Source: a bacterium (GTDB lineage Bacteria > RBG-13-61-14 > DATKZS01). Taken from it: DNA of 15,782 nt. Under the pieces are notes generated by a model that saw nothing but the letters and a program-made list of their open reading frames with translations, searched no databases and had not been told where the DNA came from. Shown piece after piece: positions 8,227 through 15,592 of this stretch. Where the stretch lies: positions 1-15,782 of the forward strand of contig JAWOBU010000096.1 in the NCBI GenBank assembly GCA_046484135.1, written 5' to 3'. How positions within the stretch are numbered: the stretch's first letter is position 1; each line of letters opens with the position of its first letter. The position numbers were made by a program, and so were the translations under genes.

Positions 8227-8880
8227 CTACAGGCACTCGTCCCGGTCGCCGACCTCGCCCACCACCACGGCGGGATTGCCCGCGGCCACCGCATGATCCG
8301 GGATATCGCTCCGCACCAAGCTGCCGGCGCCGATTACCGAGTGCGAACCTATGCTGACCCCCGGCAGCACCGTGGCCCCCGCTCCTATCATCACGAAGTC
8401 CTTGATCCGGACCGGCGCGGTCCGGACCTCCCGCTGCGAGTCCAGCCGGTGGAGGTCGGAGTCAATAATGGTGGTGTTCCAGGAGATGACGGCTTTTCTG
8501 CCTATGGACACGAGCTCCCGGGCGGAGATTATGGCGCCGTTAAGAAGCGAGCCCTCGCCCACCTCAACCCGGGCGTTTTCAAAACAGGTGATCACGTTGG
8601 GACGGTACTTTCCCCGCACCCAGGTGCCTCGTCCTATGCCGGCGAGAGAACCTTTGTCAAGCTCGAGGTAAAACGGGAAAGGCCCGCGCTCGATAGCGCA
8701 GTCGGGGCCGATCTCGACCCTGCCCTCCCCTTTCATCCGCAAACAGCCGGCCCACACGTCAGCGGACGGGCTTATATTTGCCCTCTCCCCCAGCCAGTGC
8801 CGGAGGAGATACAGCCGCGCCCGGTTGTAATTGCAGGCCGCATGTAAAAAGAAGAGCTTTAAACCTGCGCCTTTTGCCAT
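8227..8880 (-). CDS. Hexapeptide-repeat (left-handed beta-helix) acyltransferase, maltose/galactoside O-acetyltransferase-like
   Basis: IIDSDLH, PVRIKDFVMIGAGATVLPGVSIGSHSVIGAGSLV, DIP...AGNPA. Confidence 0.9.
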   Translation of the reverse strand: MAKGAGLKLFFLHAACNYNRARLYLLRHWLGERANISPSADVWAGCLRMKGEGRVEIGPDCAIERGPFPFYLELDKGSLAGIGRGTWVRGKYRPNVITCFENARVEVGEGSLLNGAIISARELVSIGRKAVISWNTTIIDSDLHRLDSQREVRTAPVRIKDFVMIGAGATVLPGVSIGSHSVIGAGSLVRSDIPDHAVAAGNPAVVVGEVGDRDECL

Positions 8881-8886
8881 CCGGGT

Positions 8887-9657
8887 TCACTTAAGCTGGA
8901 TGTTTTCGATGATGATGCCGGAGAGAGGGTTTATGGGTGAGAGCTCGTTTCCGGCCGGGTCCTGGAGCGACTCTACGGTAAAGGACACGGTAACTCCGGA
9001 GGCGGGGGGCAACTCTCCCACGATCTTCACCGGGACATTGCAAAGGTTTACCGTGCCGGTGGTAGGGTCGCTGGTGTCCGAGTCCGTAGCCTCTACCACT
9101 ATGGCGCCGCCGGATAGCTTGGTTACAGTGGGGGGGGATTCAAAGCCCGCGGCCCGGTCGAACTGTTTGGGGTAGTATTGAGGGTTGTCGGCGCAGGCGG
9201 AGTTGCACCTGTCCGTGCAGTCGTCAGTGGAAAGCCAGGAGTAACTGCCGGCCACGCTTTCCGGGAGCATCTGCAGGGCGGTGTCTCCTATCTCGATCCG
9301 GACCCGGTAATACTCCATCACACTGTTTCCCAGGTTCACGTTCACCGGAAGGACCATGGAGCCTATGTAGTCCTTGGTGTAGCCCGCTGCCGATCCGATG
9401 CCGAAGTCGCCCTCGGTGGTCACGCCCGCGAAGCAGTTGGCGTAATGGATGGCGGGAGGGTCCGGCTCTGCCGGGATGACCAGTGTGGAGCCTTTTGCTT
9501 CGCCCGGATGACCGGGCGGCAAGAGTACCGCCACCTCCTGGCTGAAATCGAGCGTTCCTTCGCTCTCCACCGGGGCGTTCTGACATGCCCCGGCAAGGAC
9601 GAGACAGGAAAAAGCCATCAGTGCCACAAGTGAGCTTAAATAAAGTCTGGGAGTCAA
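8887..9657 (-). CDS. Hypothetical exported protein, probable lipoprotein
   Basis: 256-aa ORF filling the space between rplI (12-bp gap) and the acyltransferase (6-bp gap). TTG start, hydrophobic signal ending LAGAC, Cys cluster CTDRCNSAC, Ig-like QDPAGN near the C-terminus. Confidence 0.7.
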   Translation of the reverse strand: MTPRLYLSSLVALMAFSCLVLAGACQNAPVESEGTLDFSQEVAVLLPPGHPGEAKGSTLVIPAEPDPPAIHYANCFAGVTTEGDFGIGSAAGYTKDYIGSMVLPVNVNLGNSVMEYYRVRIEIGDTALQMLPESVAGSYSWLSTDDCTDRCNSACADNPQYYPKQFDRAAGFESPPTVTKLSGGAIVVEATDSDTSDPTTGTVNLCNVPVKIVGELPPASGVTVSFTVESLQDPAGNELSPINPLSGIIIENIQLK

Positions 9658-9669
9658 GCGTTCCCTCTC

Positions 9670-10113
9670 TTAGTTTCGAACCAGCCAGACCTTGAGCTCG
9701 GTCTGTACACCCTCCTCGATCTTGACCGGTATGTTAAAAACCCCCAGTTGCTTCAAGGACTCTTCCATGACAATCTGCTTGCGGTCTATGTCATAGCCTT
9801 CCTTGCGCAACTGGTCCGAAATGTCGCGTGAGGTTATGGACCCGAAAAGCTTGTCCTGTTCGCCTACCTGGCAGGGTATGGTCAGGGAAAGCTGAGAGAG
9901 GTCCACGGCGAGCTTTTCCGCTTTGCTCCGACGTTTCTTCTTTACGTCGTCTATAAGCCTCTTTTCGTGTTCGAGCTGGGCCACGTTCTTGCGGGTGGCT
10001 TCCACTGCCAGCTTGCGGGGGATCAGGTAATTGCGCCCGTATCCTCCCTTGACCTCGACGATGTCGCCGCTGTTGCCCAGGTTGGGCACGTCCTCCCTTA
10101 AGATGACCTTCAT
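9670..10113 (-). CDS. rplI: 50S ribosomal protein L9
   Basis: [39 protein letters not shown]; 147 aa. Confidence 0.98.
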   Translation of the reverse strand: MKVILREDVPNLGNSGDIVEVKGGYGRNYLIPRKLAVEATRKNVAQLEHEKRLIDDVKKKRRSKAEKLAVDLSQLSLTIPCQVGEQDKLFGSITSRDISDQLRKEGYDIDRKQIVMEESLKQLGVFNIPVKIEEGVQTELKVWLVRN

Positions 10114-10379
10114 TACAGCTCCCTCCTCAAATACTCGATGGACGGAGGTCCGAAGGGAAGCAGCGCAACGTAGCGGGCCCTTTTAATGGCTACAGCCAGC
10201 TCACGCTGGTGCTTGGCGCAGGTGCCGGTAATGCGGCGTGGGACTATCTTGGCCCGGTCGGTTATGTAGTGGCTGAGGGTATCCACGTCCTTGTAGTCAA
10301 TGGGTATGCCTTCCGCGCAGAACCTGCATTTTTTCCGCTTTGAAAAACCGCGTTTTCTGGGAGGTCTATCCGCTGCCAT
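10113..10379 (-). CDS. rpsR: 30S ribosomal protein S18 (zinc-binding C+ type)
   Basis: [38 protein letters not shown]. Confidence 0.98.
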   Translation of the reverse strand: MAADRPPRKRGFSKRKKCRFCAEGIPIDYKDVDTLSHYITDRAKIVPRRITGTCAKHQRELAVAIKRARYVALLPFGPPSIEYLRREL

Positions 10380-10382
10380 GGC

Positions 10383-10997
10383 TTACTCCTTTTCGCTCGG
10401 CGTGGTTTCCGCTTCCGGCTCCGCCGGAGGTTCCTCTTCCGGAGAGGCAGATGCTTGTTCATCAAGGACGCCGGCTTCCGGCTCGGGTGCTTCTTCTTCC
10501 GATTCCGGAGGTTCTGCCGGTGCTTCCGGGCCTGCAGGGGGTTCGGCTTCCGCCTCTTCTGTTGCAGGCCCGCTTTCCCCGGCCTCTTCCGGAACCGGCT
10601 CCGGCGAAGGTTCCTCGAACAACGCCTCGGCTTCCTCCACTTCCGCCGGCTTCTCCGCGTGCTTTACAACCGTCTCGGTCACCGCCGCGGCGTCAACGTT
10701 CTCCTCCACCTTAACGGAAAGGTACCGGAAGGTCGCGTCCAGAATCTTGATGTTTCTCTCCACCTCGGTTACCACGGAGCCGTCCCCCAGGTAGGTAAGA
10801 AGAACGTAGTAGCCGCGAAGAAGCCGCTCGCCCCGGTAGTTCACCGCGTATGCTAGCGGCCGGTGGCCCCAGTGGTTGATCTCCGCTACTTTACCGTTCT
10901 GTCGTTCCACCCGGTTGGTGAGCCGATCGAGGATACCTTGTATCTGCTCGTCGGTCTGGTCGGGCTTCGCAATGAAAAGGGTCTCGTACTTGTCCAT
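10383..10997 (-). CDS. rpsF: 30S ribosomal protein S6 with ~105-aa acidic C-terminal extension
   Basis: YETLFIAKPD, WGHRPLAY, GYY, RYLSVK; upstream of rpsR; E/P/A-rich tail. Confidence 0.96.
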   Translation of the reverse strand: MDKYETLFIAKPDQTDEQIQGILDRLTNRVERQNGKVAEINHWGHRPLAYAVNYRGERLLRGYYVLLTYLGDGSVVTEVERNIKILDATFRYLSVKVEENVDAAAVTETVVKHAEKPAEVEEAEALFEEPSPEPVPEEAGESGPATEEAEAEPPAGPEAPAEPPESEEEAPEPEAGVLDEQASASPEEEPPAEPEAETTPSEKE

Positions 10998-11004
10998 GCA
11001 ACAT

Positions 11005-11042
11005 CTCCTTTCGGGTTAATTAGCCCCTCGCGGAGCAAGGAG
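11005..11042 (-). promoter_or_regulatory. S6:S18-binding ribosomal protein leader (autoregulatory RNA)
   Basis: mRNA CUCCUU-GCUCCGCGAG-GGGCUAAUUAACCC-GA-AAGGAG: CUCCUU pairs with the Shine-Dalgarno AAGGAG, there is an inner GGG/CCC hairpin, and an unpaired CCG lies in the internal loop, as in the known S6:S18 motif. Confidence 0.8.
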
Positions 11043-11057
11043 TTACAAACGACATCT

Positions 11058-11086
11058 ACTATAACACCTGTTTCCGGCATTCTCAA
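11058..11086 (-). promoter_or_regulatory. Sigma70 promoter of the rpsF operon
   Basis: Minus strand TTGAGA-17 bp-TATAGT with extended -10 TGn, immediately upstream of the leader. Confidence 0.7.
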
Positions 11087-11103
11087 GGCTTTTGTAAAGG
11101 TTA

Positions 11104-11132
11104 TTGTATTCGGCGGCTTGGCCATATAAAAT
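11104..11132 (+). promoter_or_regulatory. Divergent sigma70 promoter for the UxaA-family pair
   Basis: TTGTAT-17 bp-TAAAAT, about 40 bp upstream of ATG11173. Confidence 0.6.
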
Positions 11133-11172
11133 GAAGTGCTTAGAAAGCATGGAGGTCGGAAAGGAGGAAGCC

Positions 11173-11439
11173 ATGCCTGCAAATGCCGTTCTTATTGACT
11201 CGCGGGACAACGTGGCGGTGGCGATCCGGGAGCTCGAGCCGGGCGACGCTTTGACCGGCGTTGCCGGCGTAGAGGTATCGGTGCAAAACAGCGTTCCCAG
11301 AAACCACAAGGTCTCCATAAAGGAGATACCGGAGGGAACGCCGATTATCAAGTACGGAGAGCAAATCGGCCGGGCCGGCGAGACCATTCCCGCAGGAGAA
11401 TGGGTGCACACTCACAACCTGACCTCCGGGGAGGAGTAA
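11173..11439 (+). CDS. UxaA-family dehydratase small subunit (SAF domain)
   Basis: RBS AAGGAGG then MPANAVLIDSRDNVAVA; HKVS, IIKYGEQIG, GEWVHTHNL. Confidence 0.92.
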   Translation: MPANAVLIDSRDNVAVAIRELEPGDALTGVAGVEVSVQNSVPRNHKVSIKEIPEGTPIIKYGEQIGRAGETIPAGEWVHTHNLTSGEE

Positions 11440-11440
11440 C

Positions 11441-12595
11441 ATGGGCTTCATGGGATATAAAAGACCGGACGGAAGCTGCGGGGTGCGGAACCACGTGCTG
11501 GTTTTGAGCTCGGTGGCTTGCGCGAACGGGGTGGCGAACGCGATCGGCCGGGAGGTCCCGGAGGTTAAAGTGATTACTCATACCGAGGGCTGCGGCCGGG
11601 GAGTTGCTGACATCAACATCTCGAAGCGGACCCTGGCGGGCCTGGGCAAGAACCCGAACGTGGCGGGCGTGCTGGTGGTGGGTCTGGGATGCGAGTTCAT
11701 CAAGGCCCCTCAGCTTGCCGAGGATATCGCGTCCACCGGCAAGCCGGTCGAGAGCCTGGTGATCCAGGAGGAAGGCGGCTCGAGAAAAACGGCGAAAAAA
11801 GGGGCGGAGATTGCCGGGAAGCTCATGGGTGAGGCCGCGTCCTTAAAGCGGGAGGAGTGCGGCTGGGACACTATCCGGCTGGGCCTCGAGTGCGGGGGGT
11901 CGGACGCGCTGTCCGGGGTTACGGCCAACCCGGTAGTGGGAGTAACCGCGGACGAGCTGGTGGACCGGGGCGGAACAGTGGTGCTGAGCGAGACCACGGA
12001 GATGATCGGCACCGAGGAGGTGCTGGCAAGACGGGCGGCCACGCCGGAGATGGGGGACAAGCTCCTCGATCTCATCCGGGGACAACGCAAGCAGACGGAA
12101 GACATCCTGGGACCGCTGGCCAACCTGGTCATCAGCCCCGGCAACATCGAAGGCGGACTGACCAATATCACGGAGAAGTCCCTGGGGTGCGTTATAAAAG
12201 GCGGGACCTCCACCATAAACGAGGTGGTCGAGTACGGGGCCGAGCCAACGGACAAGGGGCTTATTATCATGGACACGCCCGGCTCCGACATCTTCTCCCT
12301 TACCGGCATGGCCGCGGGCGGATGCCAGGTCATGATCTTCACCACCGGCAGGGGAACGCCCGCGGGCTTCCCGGTAGTACCGGTCATCAAGGTGGCGTCC
12401 AACAGCGAGCTCTACGAGAGCATGAAAGACGACATGGACGTGGACGGAGGCCGGGTCCTGGAAGGGATCGGCATTAACCAGGCCGGCAAGGAGCTGTTCG
12501 AGCTTTTAAAAAGGGTCGCGGACGGGGACCAGACCAAGGCGGAGATGAACCTCCAGGACGTGATATCCATCCACACGGTAGGCCCGGCGTTTTAG
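11441..12595 (+). CDS. UxaA/GarD/SuyB-family dehydratase or lyase large subunit
   Basis: GYKRPDG..GVRNHV, HTEGCG, NPNVAG..VVGLGCE, GLECGGSD..SG.TANP, SPGNIEGGLTNITEKSLG, FTTGRG, PVIK. Confidence 0.93.
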   Translation: MGFMGYKRPDGSCGVRNHVLVLSSVACANGVANAIGREVPEVKVITHTEGCGRGVADINISKRTLAGLGKNPNVAGVLVVGLGCEFIKAPQLAEDIASTGKPVESLVIQEEGGSRKTAKKGAEIAGKLMGEAASLKREECGWDTIRLGLECGGSDALSGVTANPVVGVTADELVDRGGTVVLSETTEMIGTEEVLARRAATPEMGDKLLDLIRGQRKQTEDILGPLANLVISPGNIEGGLTNITEKSLGCVIKGGTSTINEVVEYGAEPTDKGLIIMDTPGSDIFSLTGMAAGGCQVMIFTTGRGTPAGFPVVPVIKVASNSELYESMKDDMDVDGGRVLEGIGINQAGKELFELLKRVADGDQTKAEMNLQDVISIHTVGPAF

Positions 12596-12661
12596 TACTT
12601 TATCAAGAGCCTCCGGTAAAACGTCCGATCATGAACCGGTGTAGAGCGCTGGGGCTCGATG

Positions 12662-12686
12662 GCGGGAGAGACCTCATGGTTTCGAT
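12662..12686 (-). repeat. REP-like half-unit lacking the internal insert
   Basis: Reverse complement ATCGAAACCATGAGGTCTCTCCCGC matches copy 1 ATCGAGACC[insert]GAGGTCTCTCCCAC without the insert. Confidence 0.7.
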
Positions 12687-12688
12687 TG

Positions 12689-12770
12689 GTGGGAGAGAAC
12701 TCCCTGTCTGCGTGCAGACACGCACAGGCAGGCAGGTCTCGAAAGATCGCGAGCCGGAGCTCGCTCCCGC
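12689..12770 (-). repeat. REP-like palindromic element, copy 2 (inverted relative to copy 1)
   Basis: Reverse complement GCGGGAGCGAGCTCCGGCTCGCGATCTTTCGAGACCTGCCTGCCTGTGCGTGTCTGCACGCAGACAGGGAGTTCTCTCCCAC aligns end to end with 8054-8133. Confidence 0.85.
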
Positions 12771-12847
12771 CACCACGCTCGCTACCACCATCAAGGGCCG
12801 CCCACACAGGCGAGCTATGGGGGGAGGGGGGGGTAGCCGGTAACTGA

Positions 12848-12862
12848 TATAATGTATAGTCC
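12848..12862 (+). repeat. Left inverted repeat of the AT-rich island
   Basis: TATAATGTATAGTCC, 14/15 identical to the reverse complement of 13633-13647; lies at the GC-to-AT transition. Confidence 0.7.
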
Positions 12863-12914
12863 CCTTTACCTTCTTCCATATGTATGAATATTTCTATCAT
12901 CAACTATGCATAAG

Positions 12915-13514
12915 TCAATAGGTGTCACCCTCGATTAATTTGAGCCTTAAAATTATGGATAGAATGGATTTTAATAGAATGTTTTTTGCAACCCAACGCC
13001 TCCTTGAGCTTTTTGCAATAATTTGAGCAATCGGAGGAGAAAAGTGATAGTAAGTTTTTATAAAATATCTCCCTAAAACCGTAGGTTCTAAAACTTCGTC
13101 ACGAAGTTTTCTAAACAACATGAGTTCTTGAAAATCTTCTGCCCCAAAAGAAGCAGTGGCAATAAAGCAAAATCCACTATCCTCTTGAATTGTTTTGTGG
13201 ACAGGATTATAGGTACCACATTTTTGGCACTCCCATCTAGTGAATCCAATTTCACATTCTGAACAGAAAATTCCTTGAACCCCTTCCGATGTCCATCCTG
13301 CTTTGTATTCAGGATATCCACAATTGTCGCAATATGGTAATGCTTGCATCCCGCCACATTTAAGGCATTTTAAAGCATTATGCCAACCTATGCCTCCCTT
13401 TTCCTCACTTTCAGTTGCTCTAAAGTCAGATACTCCAAAATTAGGATCTCTTTCTCTACTTTTCCATTTCACCCCATAAGTGTCTTTCCATTTTTTCTTT
13501 TCCAGATTTCCCAT
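12915..13514 (-). CDS. Zinc-ribbon protein with C-terminal CFI-box-CTERM domain (AT-rich, likely horizontally acquired)
   Basis: RBS AAAGGAG; four CxxC pairs (CLKC, CDNC, CSEC, CQKC); C-terminal CFIATASFG...LRDEVL...GRYFIKTYYHFSPPIAQII. Confidence 0.85.
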   Translation of the reverse strand: MGNLEKKKWKDTYGVKWKSRERDPNFGVSDFRATESEEKGGIGWHNALKCLKCGGMQALPYCDNCGYPEYKAGWTSEGVQGIFCSECEIGFTRWECQKCGTYNPVHKTIQEDSGFCFIATASFGAEDFQELMLFRKLRDEVLEPTVLGRYFIKTYYHFSPPIAQIIAKSSRRRWVAKNILLKSILSIILRLKLIEGDTY

Positions 13515-13632
13515 TTTTTCTCCTTTCCTTTTTATTTCGTATTTCGGGGATCAGGTGGGCCTACTCCCTCCTCTACTCTTCTACTTACCATGACATCATG
13601 TGTAAATCAACAAAGGGAGAGGAGCGAAGTCA

Positions 13633-13647
13633 GGTCTATACATTATA
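13633..13647 (-). repeat. Right inverted repeat of the AT-rich island
   Basis: GGTCTATACATTATA, reverse complement TATAATGTATAGACC. Confidence 0.7.
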
Positions 13648-13966
13648 CATTATCCCTGTAAGCTCCCTTCATTTTGTCTGTTTTCTCACTTATCTTATCG
13701 TCCTTGGCAAGCAATTTTTTGGACCTTCTCAGTCCCGGGGAGACTGCGCCGACCGCGGTTCCACGCATGACCGCGACAGGGGTTGCGCTGAAGCCGCGGA
13801 GTTCGACGAGGCGATCATAAAGCGCGAGGCGGGCGTGCCCGACGCGGCGGCCCTGACCCCTAACCTCGATTGGAGGGGAGACATTCGGCTCTTGTGGTGT
13901 GTTGCATTCTGAAGATCAGCTATGACTTAAATCCTGATCGGAACCTCGGGGTAAGTACACCTGTCT

Positions 13967-15487
13967 TTACTCGGGCATCTTCCACGGTCCCTTGTTTATC
14001 AGGACGCGGAACTCACTTGCGTACTCGGGCTTCTGAGGATAGTAAATCAGGAGGTCCGACCTGCCGTTGGAATCGAAATCCTCGACCCGATTTATCATGG
14101 ACACCGGCATCTGGATTTCCTCCACCAGCTCGGTGGGGTGTCCTTGTTTGTCCAGGATGGTTACTTTGAACAGATTTTCTTTTTCGCCGAGGGCGAGGTC
14201 AGGGTATCCGTCTCCGTTGAAGTCGCCGATGATGTTGGGCAGGCCGCTGGTCATTCGGAACTTGGTTACGCTGAGCTTGAGTCCGGTAGTACGGACATAA
14301 TCGGGCTTGGTGTTGAAGCTCCTTTCCGGTGTCTGTAGGAAGTAAGCCCATTGCAGGTGGACGTCTCCGGTGAATATGGCCTTTCCCACCGACCAGGCGC
14401 TCATGTTGAAAGTGGGCAAGAGCAGGTCCTTGCGGCCGTCCTTGTTCACGTCCATGGGGAGGGGGCTGCCCATGACCGGGTGCTCGGTTTCAAACTCGAT
14501 GTCCGGCTTCCCCTTCTCGATGTTGTCGCTTTTGCCCCAGAAGAGTGCGGTCTTCGACTTTAGATTGGTTACCTGACCGTTTATGTGGTTCGCCAGCACG
14601 TCCATGCGGCCGTCCCCGTCCAGGTCGGTGTAGTTTATGTTTACATTGTCCCGGCGGCGGTCCCTGCTTCCTTTCTCGTACGGAATGAGCTCCATGCTGT
14701 ACTTTTTGACCGGGTCCCTGGTATAGGTCTCGCCCTTGTTTCCGTAAATCTGGAAGCCGTCCTCGAAGCTGGCTATAAGGTCCACCAACCCGTCTCCGTT
14801 ATAGTCGCGGGCAACAAGCTGGGGCACCCGGTAAGACACCCGGAGGAAAGGGTCCTTTTTCTTGTCCATGATCTCGTTCATGTCAAAGGAGTTGATCCTC
14901 ATGTCAGGTCGCAGGTTGATCTTTTGGGAGCTCCACTCGTATCCCTCTTTCTGGCGGAAGACGGTTGCGTCGTAGAAACCGCATGCCACCATGTCGTCCC
15001 TGCCGTTTCCGGTGTAATCGCGCACAAAGTTGTAGTAGGGGACCTCCTGGTGGTAGGCGATGGCAACCACCGATTGGATATCGAACATCTTCTGCATGGA
15101 GCCGATGCCGTCAGACCGGAGGGGCGCATAAAAAATTCCCTCCTCGGTTATGAAGACAAGCTCTTTGCCCGGATCGGAGCTTACATCTCCCACATCTACC
15201 GCGGCCACCGCGGGAGGAAACTCCCATAAGACGTCACGCGAGCTATTGAACTTGCCGGCTCGCTTCTGGTAATAAACGCTCAGGTAACGAGTGGGAGGGT
15301 CAGTGGAAGAGTCGGTATGGATCGCTATTATGTCCACCAGGGAATCGCCGTCCAGGTCCTCGGTTATGAGATCGGTGACGTTTCCCTTGACCTCGAAATC
15401 GTAGCGCTGGAACCTGCCCGAGTTGCCGGCCACGGAAACGGCAGCCAACATCATCGCCAGCACTAAAATTGTCCTCTTTGTCTTCAT
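13967..15487 (-). CDS. Secreted FG-GAP/VCBS repeat (beta-propeller) protein
   Basis: Signal peptide MKTKRTILVLAMMLAAVSVAG; repeated Ca-binding DxDGDGxxD motifs (DLDGDSLVD, DYTGNGRDD, DYNGDGLVD, DLDGDGRMD, DVNKDGRKD, DFNGDGYPD, DFDSNGRSD). Confidence 0.9.
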   Translation of the reverse strand: MKTKRTILVLAMMLAAVSVAGNSGRFQRYDFEVKGNVTDLITEDLDGDSLVDIIAIHTDSSTDPPTRYLSVYYQKRAGKFNSSRDVLWEFPPAVAAVDVGDVSSDPGKELVFITEEGIFYAPLRSDGIGSMQKMFDIQSVVAIAYHQEVPYYNFVRDYTGNGRDDMVACGFYDATVFRQKEGYEWSSQKINLRPDMRINSFDMNEIMDKKKDPFLRVSYRVPQLVARDYNGDGLVDLIASFEDGFQIYGNKGETYTRDPVKKYSMELIPYEKGSRDRRRDNVNINYTDLDGDGRMDVLANHINGQVTNLKSKTALFWGKSDNIEKGKPDIEFETEHPVMGSPLPMDVNKDGRKDLLLPTFNMSAWSVGKAIFTGDVHLQWAYFLQTPERSFNTKPDYVRTTGLKLSVTKFRMTSGLPNIIGDFNGDGYPDLALGEKENLFKVTILDKQGHPTELVEEIQMPVSMINRVEDFDSNGRSDLLIYYPQKPEYASEFRVLINKGPWKMPE

Positions 15488-15563
15488 GGAGAGATGTCCT
15501 TTATCCGTCTTTTATTTTCGGCTCGCAGGCCGGTTCCTTGTGCTTCAAAGTAAACAGGATATC

Positions 15564-15592
15564 ACAATAATTTCTTCAGGCAGAGAAATCAA
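15564..15592 (-). promoter_or_regulatory. Candidate sigma70 promoter for the FG-GAP gene
   Basis: Minus strand TTGATT-17 bp-TATTGT in an AT-rich intergenic region. Confidence 0.3.

Noticed and set aside
7881..8357. ORFs spanning the intergenic repeat (7881-8294, 8054-8296, 8097-8357)
   Set aside because: They translate the palindromic repeat (CLRADTHRQA, PACACPHADR) and overlap the acyltransferase end.
11104..11172. Longer start for the SAF subunit given by the ORF track
   Set aside because: The TTG at 11104 is the predicted -35 box. ATG11173 has a strong RBS and matches the family N-terminus.
11430..11445. Split UxaA as a frameshifted pseudogene
   Set aside because: Clean TAA, a dedicated RBS and an ATG at the natural domain boundary; two-subunit members of the family are known.
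12592..12903. Short ORFs across repeat copy 2
   Set aside because: Same repeat-derived peptides in several frames, with no coding signal.
13628..13660. Resemblance of TATACATTATAC to loxP and of ATTATCCCTGT to an I-SceI site (engineered DNA)
   Set aside because: Only ~11 bp match loxP, the 13-bp arms are absent, the I-SceI site is not matched, and no vector sequence is nearby.
12640..13960. CRISPR array or integron attC cassette
   Set aside because: No regularly spaced direct repeats with unique spacers, no clear RYYYAAC...GTTRRRY attC pair around the gene, and no cas or intI gene.
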